A DNA stretch of 64,000 nucleotides from an uncultured Candidatus Binatia bacterium (GTDB lineage Bacteria > Desulfobacterota > Binatia > UBA9968 > CAXXLF01), in the NCBI GenBank assembly GCA_965218425.1, contig OZ244621.1, positions 3,264,001-3,328,000 on the forward strand. The letters are read 5' to 3'. Of the stretch, positions 1-10,376 are shown piece by piece. The translations under genes were made by a program, and so were the position numbers. Under the pieces are notes generated by a model. It was not told the origin of the DNA and ran no database searches. It was given only the letters and a program-made list of their open reading frames with translations. Position 1 is the stretch's first letter. Every line of letters begins with the position of its first letter.

Positions 1-404
1 GAGCCATCCACCAGATAGTGGCGGCCTTCGAGTGTGACAATAACGGTGCCGTGATTGGGACCACGGACCGTTGGCGAGGTCAGCATCGTGCCGGAGGCCC
101 TTTTCACATCAAAACCCAATGAATGTAAGAGGTCGTGCAACGCGTGGCTAACTGCCCAACAGGTGCCTCCTGTGCCGTGAGCGAGCCATTCGGTGAAGAA
201 GTCTTTTGCTGTGTGGCTGGGCATTGGCCCTAAGCCACCGGCGGAAAGGTACATTCGCTTCTGCAAGTTATCAAAAGGTACCTTGCGGCACCATCGATTA
301 AACAGGATTTCCAGACTTTTCAGATTGTTTCCGGAGTGGTTTTGAAGGCCTAACTTCTCGAGCACCCGTTCAACTAGCTCTGTTGTGATGGTCCCGTCTC
401 CCAA
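1..404 (-). CDS. Arylamine N-acetyltransferase family protein (runs off window edge; start uncertain, TTG at 404)
   Basis: Not in the ORF track. Manual translation gives VPFDNLQKR...HGTGGTCWA...GPNHGTVIVTLEGRHYLVDG, matching the NAT PFEN motif and the Cys-His-Asp triad. Confidence 0.85.
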   Translation of the reverse strand, partial: MGDGTITTELVERVLEKLGLQNHSGNNLKSLEILFNRWCRKVPFDNLQKRMYLSAGGLGPMPSHTAKDFFTEWLAHGTGGTCWAVSHALHDLLHSLGFDVKRASGTMLTSPTVRGPNHGTVIVTLEGRHYLVDG

Positions 405-1103
405 TTGCGTCGCCAGGTATCGGTATCTTATTTGGATATGGGCATATGTCAATCCGCGAATTACCCTATGGCTTCATGGCTCCAAGGTTTGTTAAATGGC
501 AGGTCGATTAGGGCTTCCAATACGAGCACCAGGGTATCAGCGAACCAGAGTTCATCCACCTTGGCATCGAGAAACCACGCTTTGTTACTGTTTACTACCG
601 CGCGACTGATGGTGATTTCAGGTAGGCCTTTTGATTTTTTGTAGGAGACCATGGAATACAGTATAAACGGATTTTTTCCAGGCGACCTAGGCGCCTTTTC
701 GCGATGATCTGGTAATCGGGATAAACGCCGGGTATGGAAGCCACAGCACGACCGTAATAGGCATGGGGGAGTATCTGGGAAGGGGACATGCGCCTTATAT
801 TGAGCTCTTGCCCGTTTTTCAGACGTATTTGCTTGGAATTGTTCTCAACGATTGACCCGAGCGATATAAAGCAGATGGAAATCAAAGTTCTCATTGGCTT
901 TGGAATGACTGAAAAGGTGGCTGGCATAATCAAAGGTACCTTTATTGACCCTGAGATAAATTTTACTGCGATTCTGAACCTGGGCAAAGGGAATTCAAAA
1001 GGTCATGGGGCTTACAGCCCATAATGCCTTGGATGATTGACAGATTGTTTGCCAATCATTACAAAGGGGGCTGAAAAAAACCAAATGGTTTAGGGGGATA
1101 CTC

Positions 1104-2045
1104 ATGAGTGAGACCGGATCTTCAACGGCAGCCTCGGCGGAGCAGGATCCCATCAAGGGAAAGGGCCCGTTTGTTTGGCTCCACATGGACCAGAAGGAAC
1201 TCGATGATGCCTACGATCAGGCCTGTTGGGCGCCCAATCGCGAGCACCTCCAGAAGCGCCGCCGTGTTGCGAGCGAACAGGCCATCGCCCGCGTGGGGTC
1301 GCCCAAGCGTGTGGCCTACGGACCCACGGAGATCGAAAAACTCGACATTTACCAATCCAGTAGACCCAATGCACCGATTAACGTCTTCATCCATGGCGGC
1401 GCGTGGCGTGGCGGCTTTGCCAGGGATTCCGCTTACATGGCTGAAATGTACCTTGCCGCTGGCGCGCATCTTGTCATCCCGGATTTCGTCTGGGTTCAGG
1501 ATGCGGGGGACAGTCTGATGCCTATGGCCGATCAGGTTCGCCGCGCGGTGGCATGGGTCTATAAGAACGCTACGAGCTTCGGTGGCGACCCGAATCGCCT
1601 CTATATTTCGGGCCACTCCTCGGGCGGCCATCTCGGCGGCGTGGTTGTGATCACGGATTGGAAAAAGGACTTTGAACTGCCAGCCGACATCATCAAAGGG
1701 GCCTTGCTGATCAGCGGCATGTACGATCTGAAGGCGGTGCGCCTCTCAAAAAGGAGTAAATACGTTAATTTCGACGACCGGACAGTGGAGGCCCTAAGCG
1801 CCGAACGCCATATCGATATGATTAATATGCCTCTGATCATTGCCCATGGTTCGCTTGAGTCGCCGGAGTTCCAGCGTCAATCTCGCGACTTTGCCGCAGC
1901 GGTGAAGGCTGAGGGCAAACCGGTGGAATTCATCGTGGGACAGGGGTTCAATCACTTTGAAATGCAGGAGACCATGGGAAATCCCTTTGGCCTGGGCGGC
2001 CGGGCCGCGCTGTCGATGATGAAGCTAAAAATCGGAGAGACTTGA
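1104..2045 (+). CDS. Alpha/beta hydrolase, arylformamidase (kynurenine formamidase)-like
   Basis: HGGAW oxyanion motif, GHSSGG nucleophile elbow, C-terminal NHF His. Confidence 0.85.
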   Translation: MSETGSSTAASAEQDPIKGKGPFVWLHMDQKELDDAYDQACWAPNREHLQKRRRVASEQAIARVGSPKRVAYGPTEIEKLDIYQSSRPNAPINVFIHGGAWRGGFARDSAYMAEMYLAAGAHLVIPDFVWVQDAGDSLMPMADQVRRAVAWVYKNATSFGGDPNRLYISGHSSGGHLGGVVVITDWKKDFELPADIIKGALLISGMYDLKAVRLSKRSKYVNFDDRTVEALSAERHIDMINMPLIIAHGSLESPEFQRQSRDFAAAVKAEGKPVEFIVGQGFNHFEMQETMGNPFGLGGRAALSMMKLKIGET

Positions 2046-2603
2046 GGCCAGACTTAGAAAAGCAATTAATAATTAATTCTTAACGATTCGGATGATTTGG
2101 GGATTGTTTGGTAGCCCAATCAAACCCTCAAAACCCTGCCCCGACGCTTGAACGATAAAGCAGGTTTGCAGCGGATCCGCCAGAGAGGTTATTCCGGAAA
2201 GGAATATGCCACCGATGGCAAAGCGGCCTACGATTGGTTTGAAGTGTTGCCCTAGTGACCTAAACGATAACGGCGACTTATTGTCGAATGACCGATCCCT
2301 AAGCAAATGCCAGACGCAGTATACCGAGACGGTAAAAAGAACTGGTATGATAATTTTAATGGATTCAGTGTAAGTCTGAGCAACAGCGTAACTCTCTCAG
2401 TTAAAACCCTAAGTGCTTGATCTCAATCTCTAAATACCGGTTATATTCTTGTTCACATTCCTGATTTTAGGGCGGATTGTGCTGCTGTTTTGATGGTTAG
2501 CAATAAAAAAACTTAAGGGTGAGTGAGTATGTGATCTTATAACGTTGAAAGTGGGGGTCTTTGGTTTGAGAAGTTGTATTATTAAACAGATTACCCGTGT
2601 CTG

Positions 2604-3842
2604 CTAGCGCGCTATGAAGCGTGGGGTGGAGGTGCCGCCTTTCGTTGCAGGCAATGCCATTACGATTGCCAAGGTCACTCCGAACATCACCGCTGCCAAG
2701 TAGAAGGTGGCGATGATACCTGCCACTGCCGCAAGCGCGCCTGCCAGGACTGGTGCTGCGCTCCCGAGGGCCATTCCTGTGAGGAACTGTGCAGCCGTTA
2801 CCGAGCTGTGAAGTTCCCGTGGCGCGATATCCAGGCCCAGGGCGCCTAACAGCACGGCTGAACTGAACAGAAAGAGACCTATGAGGCTCACCACGGCCAG
2901 CAGCGACCATGGGCCGTCCACCAGCGCAAGAAGCGGGGTCATGGACACTAGCACGATGACACCGGGCAGGAGGGTGGCCTTGCGGCTGGTACGGTCGGAG
3001 AGGTACCCAAGCACGGGTTGCGACACCAGGCTGAGCCCCATCAAAAGGGCGAGCAAGACCCCGACGAAGCTAGGCCCCAGACCCAAGTTGTCCCTCGCAT
3101 AGATGGGCACAAATGTTAGAAGGATGTTCTGTCCCGCCGATCTCGTGGCCGCAGCCATGATCGACAGGAGCAGTGGCCGGTGTCCCATGGCCTGGCGCAG
3201 TGCGTTGAAGTAGCCGGACAACGAAACATGGCCCCGTTTATCCCCAACGCCGGTGCCTCGCACCACCAAAAAGAACGCACTCGCCAGGACAATGGCAGGC
3301 GGCAAGCTGGCCTGGAAAATTTTGTCCCGCGAAACGATGAGTAAGAGTGCGCCTACAACCAATGGCCCGGACAGGTCACCCACGCTGGCGCCTATGCCGT
3401 GGATGGCGATCACCGATCCACGTCGGGTGGGAAACTGAGTGGACAGAAGTCCCACCGCTGGGGGATGCCAGAGGGCGGGGGCGACTCCCAGGACCGCCGC
3501 GAAAATAATGATCCACGTTTGATTCGGTGCAATGCCGATGAGAAAGTACGCCCCTCCGTACCAAAGCAAACTCGCAGCCATGAACTGCGTGCGGCGGTGG
3601 GCGTACCGATCCGCCACCATCCCCATGGGAATGTTGGCCACCGCGCCGGAAAGGCTGCGCATACCCATGATGGTTCCCGCGGCCAGGGGGCTGAGTCCCG
3701 TGCTGGCCACGAGTTCAGCCAGAAGCAGGGGAAACGCTTGTGTAAACCAGTGAACAACCGCGTGCCCGCATGCGATACTCCCCAGCAGAGTCAGGTTGCG
3801 CGGGCTGGTGAGGCTGGTATCTTGCTCCTGGGTGTTATCCAT
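2604..3842 (-). CDS. MFS transporter
   Basis: About 12 hydrophobic segments with GMVADR and GYLSDR loop motifs. Start moved to ATG at 3842 to avoid overlap with the upstream gene. Confidence 0.88.
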   Translation of the reverse strand: MDNTQEQDTSLTSPRNLTLLGSIACGHAVVHWFTQAFPLLLAELVASTGLSPLAAGTIMGMRSLSGAVANIPMGMVADRYAHRRTQFMAASLLWYGGAYFLIGIAPNQTWIIIFAAVLGVAPALWHPPAVGLLSTQFPTRRGSVIAIHGIGASVGDLSGPLVVGALLLIVSRDKIFQASLPPAIVLASAFFLVVRGTGVGDKRGHVSLSGYFNALRQAMGHRPLLLSIMAAATRSAGQNILLTFVPIYARDNLGLGPSFVGVLLALLMGLSLVSQPVLGYLSDRTSRKATLLPGVIVLVSMTPLLALVDGPWSLLAVVSLIGLFLFSSAVLLGALGLDIAPRELHSSVTAAQFLTGMALGSAAPVLAGALAAVAGIIATFYLAAVMFGVTLAIVMALPATKGGTSTPRFIAR

Positions 3843-3889
3843 GGTGGAAAAGGGCAGCGGACCAAAAGATCCGTGACCGTGAGGCTTGC

Positions 3890-4369
3890 CTACTGTAGCG
3901 GTAAATGGGTATGCACTTCCAGCAATCGAGTATCCAGTACGACCCGTCGCTTTTGAAATAGCCATGAGCCATTGGTTCCCACGACCTCGTCCTCGCTGTG
4001 ACCCACCGCATATAAACTCGTCCTTCCCGCCTCGGTGGTACGGTAGACCACGAAATTTGACCTAGCCGTTGCAGCTTTACCACGGAGGTTTATATGGATG
4101 TTCGACACCATATGAATTCGCTTTGCCGTATCAAGCACATAATTGGGCACCAGGGTCATTCTCTTTACCAGCTCATCTTTGTTGAGCTTTATCATGTAAT
4201 CGTCGACACCGCCTATTTCCTTGTTATGAAACAACATCTCGTATCGTGCTGTTTCTGTGAAGAGTTCAGTCCATTCCCCGACTCGTCCTTCGTCGAGCAA
4301 ATGAGCTGCGCTAAAAAGTAGCGCCTCTACTGCGTGATAGGACGCCCAGTCTGATGGTGCGGCTGCCAT
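3890..4369 (-). CDS. Ring-hydroxylating oxygenase small (beta) subunit, SnoaL/NTF2 fold, MsmB-like
   Basis: LLDEGRVGEW, HMVSNI, ARSNFVVYRT and RRVVLDTR motifs. ORF is open to 4438; ATG at 4369 preferred on size. Confidence 0.85.
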   Translation of the reverse strand: MAAAPSDWASYHAVEALLFSAAHLLDEGRVGEWTELFTETARYEMLFHNKEIGGVDDYMIKLNKDELVKRMTLVPNYVLDTAKRIHMVSNIHINLRGKAATARSNFVVYRTTEAGRTSLYAVGHSEDEVVGTNGSWLFQKRRVVLDTRLLEVHTHLPLQ

Positions 4370-4492
4370 GGAGAAATTCGCCAATGCCAATAAAGCGGAT
4401 TTTTCGCTGAAAGGATAGCCAAGAGTTTTGCCGCTCATGTCTTATCGAAGAGACCACCGAGCGAGGCCAGCGCCTTCCAGGGAATCCAGCGA

Positions 4493-4522
4493 CTTATAGT
4501 TCTGATCCCAGGGCAGTGTCAA
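4493..4522 (-). promoter_or_regulatory. Putative sigma70 promoter for the beta subunit/MFS unit
   Basis: Minus-strand TTGACA (4522-4517), 18-nt spacer, TATAAG (4498-4493). Confidence 0.4.
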
Positions 4523-4659
4523 GGCTCACGGGTCAGGCATTTGAGAATCTTGAGTGTTCATTTACATTTTGGTGTATTACAATAACGCGATAACCAACAG
4601 CCGACTGCCCCTGTGAAAGCCAACCACTGCGGGCTGGCCTTGGAAGGGAGGTATCTTAT

Positions 4660-5901
4660 ATGAGCTTTGACGGGCGAGGTGTAAGACCTGAGAAGGTCCC
4701 CAATCTGCCTCGGACTCATTTTATCGATACTCGAATCTATACCGATCCAATAATTTTTGAAGAGGAGCGGTCAAAGATCTTCGCCAATGTATGGAATTTC
4801 GTGTGTCATGAAAGTGAGCTTCCCGACCCGGGGTGTTTCCGGACAGCGATCATTGCCGATTTTCCCCTGTTAATTGTTCGGCAGGAGGATGGGGGTATCA
4901 AAGGTTTCTACAATATTTGCAGGCATCGGCAGGCACAGGTGGTGAGGTCGTGCAGCGGCCAGGCTAAAGCCTTTCAGTGCTTTTATCATCTGTGGACCTA
5001 TGGGTTAGATGGTCGGCTCTTGGGGGTGACGTTGCCAGAGGGTTATGAAAACACCGGGTTCCATGCGGCGGATTATGGCTTGAGGGAGGTCCGGGCTGAA
5101 ATGGTGGCGGGACTGGTCTTTGTGTGTCTCAGTGACGAAACGGAATCTCTGCGGGAGTATTTGGGAGAGGTCGCCTCGGTGCTTGAAAGGTATGCTTCCC
5201 CTGAGGGGTTTGAGGTGTTTCACCTCCACCAGTCGGAAATCAAGACCAATTGGAAGCTTTTTTTCGAAAACAATTCGGAAAGATACCACACGGCTCTCCA
5301 TTGGGCACACAGGAATCGGGCCAATTGGGGTAAACCGGGGGGACCTGCGGATGGGTGGACCTTCGTTGGGAACGGTCATAACTACACCCCCTTTGATCGG
5401 GGTAAACACATGGGGCAAAGCAAGAGTATCGGGCTTGAAGAGCGGGATAGGTTTACCCTACCTGGGCACCGGGGAAATGTAACTAGCTCTCATCATCTGT
5501 TCCCTGACCTGCTGCTGGTTACCATAACCACCGTCCTCAGGATCGATCATCTGATACCTTTAGGTCCAGGCCGCACCTTAGCCGAGTGGCGCGGGCTCGG
5601 AGTGAAAGGGGAGCCGCCGGAAGTTCGAAACCTTAGGATCAAGCATCACAATGAGTTTTGGGGTTACTCGGGCGCAAATTTACCCGAGGATATTTCGGCT
5701 GCAGAATCGCAATGGCCCATGATGGCTGCAGGCGCGGTAAGATACAGCGTTATTGCAAGGGAGGGAGAATCCTTCAGCGACGAAGCCTTGCGCCATTATT
5801 ACAAAGAGTGGAGCCGCCGCATGGGCCGGAGTTATTGGGATCCGTTCGGGGAGCTTAAGGATTCAAGTCCAATGGGTTTCAAGGCATCAACCAATGGGTG
5901 A
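4660..5901 (+). CDS. Rieske ring-hydroxylating oxygenase large (alpha) subunit, methanesulfonate monooxygenase MsmA-like
   Basis: Rieske motif CRH-x17-CFYH; mononuclear Fe motif NSERYHTALH and NLPED; RBS GGAGG upstream. Confidence 0.88.
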   Translation: MSFDGRGVRPEKVPNLPRTHFIDTRIYTDPIIFEEERSKIFANVWNFVCHESELPDPGCFRTAIIADFPLLIVRQEDGGIKGFYNICRHRQAQVVRSCSGQAKAFQCFYHLWTYGLDGRLLGVTLPEGYENTGFHAADYGLREVRAEMVAGLVFVCLSDETESLREYLGEVASVLERYASPEGFEVFHLHQSEIKTNWKLFFENNSERYHTALHWAHRNRANWGKPGGPADGWTFVGNGHNYTPFDRGKHMGQSKSIGLEERDRFTLPGHRGNVTSSHHLFPDLLLVTITTVLRIDHLIPLGPGRTLAEWRGLGVKGEPPEVRNLRIKHHNEFWGYSGANLPEDISAAESQWPMMAAGAVRYSVIAREGESFSDEALRHYYKEWSRRMGRSYWDPFGELKDSSPMGFKASTNG

Positions 5902-5954
5902 CCGGTGAGCCCCACCCAGGTGGAGCCGCCAATGGTTGTGGCTGACAGCGACGT

Positions 5955-7073
5955 TCAGTCACGGATGTCCTGGAGAAACCATTGGGTGGGGAGCTCACGT
6001 CCAAGTCCGGCCTCGCGAGCCTTTCGATAGACTACGGATCCAACCGCCGCAAACTGAAGCCCCTGGTTTCCACCGTTCAGATACAGGGTGATGTCGTCTG
6101 CTGACTGGCGTGTTCCGCCTTTACCCGCCACCAGGTCAGTGAATGTTGGGTAGCGCTCGGCGACTCCCATTCGTCCCAATTGATGCCCAGGCTCCGGCAA
6201 CCGAGCCATTTCCCGATCGTTACCGGCTACGTAGGCCACAGGGCTATGGCCCCGACCGTACTGAATACGCGGGTTGTCCTCCGCGAGCCTTGCACCGCCC
6301 ACACCCTGGCGAATGATGGCCGTGGCCCGCTGAAAGACTTCGTCATCGAGCTCGTACCCGCCGAGGTTAGTGACGTGCATGCCGGGCGTAAGCCACTGGC
6401 CCTTTAGCACCGGCGACATGGTGTCCGTGCAGGTGGAGACAATGTCCGCGCCGCGTACCGCGCTCTCGGCATCGCCCACTGGCTCCACCTCGATGTTGAG
6501 CATTTCACTCATCTGTGAGGCGTAGTTCTCTCTATGGTCTTTGGTGGGACTGAAAACGCGAACCTTGCGGATGTCTCGCTCGTTGCAAAACGCTGCGAGG
6601 TAAGTGCGGGCCATGCCACCTGAGCCGAGCATCGCCACCACCCGGGAGTCTTCTCGCGACATGTACCGCACTCCGAGGCCGGCACCACCCCCAACCCGCA
6701 TGTGCTGCAGATGGCCGTCATTGATCATGGCCAGGGGCTCACCGTTCACGGTGCTGAAAAGAAAGATCAGCCCGCAGTAGGTGCCGGGCTCAACGCAATA
6801 CTTCTCCTCGGTCCAGTTGCCCGCCCTGTCCACCGGCCACGAAATCACGTCCGACTTCATACGGATGGCGAAGACGCCGAGGTCGCGGCTTGCGCCTTCC
6901 ATGGTGCCCCAGCGGTAATAGTCTTCCTCACGACCCGTGGGAACATAGACGTCGATGCGAGGGCGGTGGATGGAGCCGCCGTCCACGAGTCCTCGGAACG
7001 CTTTGTCTAAGGAGTCGATGGTGTCGGAGATGTTCAGTATCTGACTAACGGTCTCGTTGTCTATGAACAGCAT
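5955..7073 (-). CDS. Ornithine cyclodeaminase/mu-crystallin family protein
   Basis: LQHMRVG motif, GSGGMA Rossmann loop, ADIVSTCT, PGMHV. Confidence 0.9.
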   Translation of the reverse strand: MLFIDNETVSQILNISDTIDSLDKAFRGLVDGGSIHRPRIDVYVPTGREEDYYRWGTMEGASRDLGVFAIRMKSDVISWPVDRAGNWTEEKYCVEPGTYCGLIFLFSTVNGEPLAMINDGHLQHMRVGGGAGLGVRYMSREDSRVVAMLGSGGMARTYLAAFCNERDIRKVRVFSPTKDHRENYASQMSEMLNIEVEPVGDAESAVRGADIVSTCTDTMSPVLKGQWLTPGMHVTNLGGYELDDEVFQRATAIIRQGVGGARLAEDNPRIQYGRGHSPVAYVAGNDREMARLPEPGHQLGRMGVAERYPTFTDLVAGKGGTRQSADDITLYLNGGNQGLQFAAVGSVVYRKAREAGLGRELPTQWFLQDIRD

Positions 7074-7135
7074 CGCCTCGGACCTCCTTCATCTGCTTTT
7101 CTGGACCTGTCCAACTAGACTCCGGAAAAATTCAG

Positions 7136-8647
7136 TTACGCCACCTCTTTGACAGAATCCGATAACCGCTCACCGATCATAATCGAGGTGAGGTTGGTGT
7201 TGGCGTGGCTCACGGTGGGCATGATGGAGGCATCGCCAACCCACAGGTTCTCCATGCCGTGGACCCGAAGCTTTTCATCCACCACCGCCATGGGGTTCGA
7301 AGCGGGACCCATCATGCAGGTTCCCGCCCCGTGGTGGTAGCTGTCGTATGTGGAGCGTGCGAATTTGCCCCATTGGTCATCGGGCCCGGGTTGAATGAGG
7401 GGGCCGTAAAATTCCGTCGCCGGCCCTTTGTGTACCATTTCATCGATGAAGTGCATTGCTTCCACCATGGCTTTCAAATCTTCTGGATGTTCCAGCATTT
7501 GTGAGTCCACGCCGGGTAGTTCGTCGGGGTCCTTGCTTTTAAGATAAACCCGACCGCGATTGCGCTGCTCCAGTAAATAGGCGGTAACGGGCATCATGCG
7601 CTTAATACCCGGGATCTCCGTAGATGGCCGCATAATAATGTGAAAATTGCCGCAGTCGTAAATAGGATTCTTTTTGATGATGAGACGAAAGCGTGGGACT
7701 ACCCAATCCGCATTGAAAGATTTCGGCCCCTCGAAGGTCATGACCACCCCGGGATGATCGTGATAGTTTTCTCCGATGCCCGGCATGTCATGGACCAGCG
7801 GGATGTCATGCTTTTTCAGCTCCGGATGGGGTCCTACGCCGGAGAGCATAAGGATTTGCGGAGAATGGTAGACTCCGGCGGTCAGCAGAATTTGCCCACC
7901 CATGACGGTGTGCTCTCGGCCGTCTTTTTTATAGCAAACGCCTTCGGCTTTCTTTCCGGATAGCACCAATGACTGTGTGAGAGCCCCGGCAACGATGGTC
8001 AGGTTCGGCCGATTCCGTGCGCTATCGAGGTAAGCCACCACCGTGGACTGACGCTTCCCATCCTTAATGTTGTAGGGGGACTCACATACGCCGTAGGGTT
8101 CGGGCACGTTCAAGTCCGGGCATTTCGGCAAACCCATGGCGTAGGCGCTGGCGAGATAGGCTTCCACGGGTGGGGTCGTGGGCATGTCCAGCTTATAATT
8201 GCGTTTAACATAGAGGGGTCCACTATTGCCGTGGATTGGACTATCTGGATAATCCTGATCCGATTCGATCCGCTTCATGACCGGCAAACATTTTTCATAG
8301 GACCAGTCGGGATTTCCCAGCTTCACCCAGTTTTCCAGATCGGCTTTCATGGGGCGTGGCGCCGACATTACATTAACCGAGGAGCCGCCCCCCATGATTT
8401 TCCCTGACAATGCGTAGTAGGTGCTGCCGTCCACGTGTCGTTCACCGGGATACATGCGTAAAAAATCAGATTCCAACAATAGACGCGTCTGCTTGTCCGC
8501 ATCGGCCACTAGCTCGGGCAGGGGCCAAGGATCCGGGCCAGCTTCCAGCAGTAAAACCTTTCTTTTGGGATCCTCCGAAAGCCGGGTTGCAGCCACGCAA
8601 CCCGCCGATCCTCCCCCCACAATGATCACGTCATATGCATCCGCCAT
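7136..8647 (-). CDS. GMC oxidoreductase (choline dehydrogenase-like)
   Basis: GGGSAG FAD loop, GGGSSVN, SPQILMLSGVG, active-site YHHGAGTC and ANTN. Confidence 0.92.
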   Translation of the reverse strand: MADAYDVIIVGGGSAGCVAATRLSEDPKRKVLLLEAGPDPWPLPELVADADKQTRLLLESDFLRMYPGERHVDGSTYYALSGKIMGGGSSVNVMSAPRPMKADLENWVKLGNPDWSYEKCLPVMKRIESDQDYPDSPIHGNSGPLYVKRNYKLDMPTTPPVEAYLASAYAMGLPKCPDLNVPEPYGVCESPYNIKDGKRQSTVVAYLDSARNRPNLTIVAGALTQSLVLSGKKAEGVCYKKDGREHTVMGGQILLTAGVYHSPQILMLSGVGPHPELKKHDIPLVHDMPGIGENYHDHPGVVMTFEGPKSFNADWVVPRFRLIIKKNPIYDCGNFHIIMRPSTEIPGIKRMMPVTAYLLEQRNRGRVYLKSKDPDELPGVDSQMLEHPEDLKAMVEAMHFIDEMVHKGPATEFYGPLIQPGPDDQWGKFARSTYDSYHHGAGTCMMGPASNPMAVVDEKLRVHGMENLWVGDASIMPTVSHANTNLTSIMIGERLSDSVKEVA

Positions 8648-8681
8648 AATGGACCCTCCTCCATTGGATTCGAGCCGCCCA

Positions 8682-9128
8682 CTAATCGGCGAGCCCTTTA
8701 TTCAAGCGCCGCGCGAACTCCTGGAGTATCAATGTGGCCGTTGCCCTGAGAATCATCTCACCGAGAATGGCAAGGCGGCCATTGATTTTCACGTCGGCTT
8801 TATAGTTCATCTCCGTATTGTTTGCCGCAACTTTGGTCAAATCAACCGTCATATCGGCGGTGACATTGCTCTTTGTGACCGAATCCGTTCCTTCCGTTCG
8901 GACCGCCATCCGCTCCGGTGGTTGACTGTCCAGAATCGTGGAGCGGAAGTTGAACTTCCCCGAAATAGGTCCCACCGTGGCCGCCAACGTGCCCTCGAAG
9001 GTTTTGTCGTCAATTTGCCTGACCTCTTCGATGCCGGGCAAGCAGGTGGTGAATTTGTCGATATCGATCAAGAAGTCCCAGACGTTTTCTATGGCAACCT
9101 CGATGTCAATCTTCCCTTCGAAATTCAT
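8682..9128 (-). CDS. coxG: CoxG/SRPBCC family protein
   Basis: VWDFLID...CLPG, VGPISGKF and GRLAILG pattern; 148 aa. Confidence 0.8.
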   Translation of the reverse strand: MNFEGKIDIEVAIENVWDFLIDIDKFTTCLPGIEEVRQIDDKTFEGTLAATVGPISGKFNFRSTILDSQPPERMAVRTEGTDSVTKSNVTADMTVDLTKVAANNTEMNYKADVKINGRLAILGEMILRATATLILQEFARRLNKGLAD

Positions 9129-9453
9129 GGAACTTGCACTAATATCCGATAAGCCACGATGGTGTCAAACCAGGCGTCCTCGTATTTCCCCGGGCAAAGA
9201 TCCCATCGTCTAGCTTGGCCGTCAGAACCTTGAGCCCAAACTCCTTGCATTGTGATCGTACTCGTCACTGGCATCCACGTACTGGGCTCCCATTTCGGCA
9301 TGGAGACCATCGGCAAAGGAATCGCGGTAGGTTCTGACCCTTCCGCCTGCCGGCTGCGGGCCTCGAGGACAGTGACTCCAAAACCGGCTTTATGGAGCTC
9401 ATAGGCCGCTGTCCCATGCGGTGTCGGATTGCAAGACCTGAGACCGGTTACTC

Positions 9454-10281
9454 TTAACTATGGTTCTTCACCCAGGAAAGAATGACGTTGTTGGTTTCTT
9501 CTGCGGCCTGCCAGAAGAATCCGTGGGACTGTCCATTCAGAACCTTCATCTCCGCATTACGAATCCTCTCTTTCAACACTTGCGATTGTGCGATGTGATT
9601 GCTCCCCACCGTGTCAGCCGCGCCGATCAGTACCAGTGTGGGTGCTTTTACGTCACCCAGACGGTGCGTGCCTTCAAAATTGTGGCGTGCGATGCACAGG
9701 TGAAGGTATTCCGGAAGCTTTGCATGAGTCGCCCAGGCAAGTTTGTAAAATTGCTCAACCTCGGCGCGATGGCTTGTACGGTAATCTTTTGTAAAAAAGG
9801 TATCCGATTCGACGATCTCGTTGTAAATACGCTTCTCGAAACCCTTCTCAACCAATTCCACCACCAGTCGGTGCGGTAAACCCGGAATGCAGTCCGGACC
9901 TGATCTGGCCGCTGGCCCGGAGCCGCTGGCTGCCATGATCAAGCTCTTTACCCGCCCCGGAAAATTCTGCGCTAGCGACAACGCAATCCGACCGCCCATG
10001 GAGTGGCCGATCAAATGGGCCGAGGAATACTCGAGATGATCCATCAGCGTCACGATATCCAAGGCCATCTGTTCGATTGTGTAAACGCTTTGCTCCGCCA
10101 CTGAGCGGCCGCAGCCGCGCGGATCGTGAAAAATGACGTTAATCGATTCTGCCAGCGGCATCTGAGACGGTTTCCAGACCTCACCGGAATAGGCCGTCGA
10201 TGGAACGAAGATCAGCGGCTCGCCCTGTCCGTGGGTTTCGTAATAGAGATCCAATCCAGTTGGTAAACTGACATTGGGCAT
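9454..10281 (-). CDS. Alpha/beta hydrolase
   Basis: DPRGCGRS, GHSMGG, GAAD and QSHG triad motifs. Confidence 0.9.
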   Translation of the reverse strand: MPNVSLPTGLDLYYETHGQGEPLIFVPSTAYSGEVWKPSQMPLAESINVIFHDPRGCGRSVAEQSVYTIEQMALDIVTLMDHLEYSSAHLIGHSMGGRIALSLAQNFPGRVKSLIMAASGSGPAARSGPDCIPGLPHRLVVELVEKGFEKRIYNEIVESDTFFTKDYRTSHRAEVEQFYKLAWATHAKLPEYLHLCIARHNFEGTHRLGDVKAPTLVLIGAADTVGSNHIAQSQVLKERIRNAEMKVLNGQSHGFFWQAAEETNNVILSWVKNHS

Positions 10282-10376
10282 GAGGTAGTCCTCCTATTAC
10301 GAATATTAGTGCGGCAACCAACGCACGGCTGCAATGTATTGTATTGCAAGATTTGACCCCGTCCGTTCGACTTCGA

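Noticed and set aside
461..1024. ORFs 595-987 and 461-652 (-) as one frameshifted gene
   Set aside because: Plausible, but no recognisable motif or RBS, so not supportable.
2046..2603. Short ORFs and AT-rich stretch between the hydrolase and MFS genes
   Set aside because: Stop-interrupted frames with no recognisable family; no repeat or RNA structure found.
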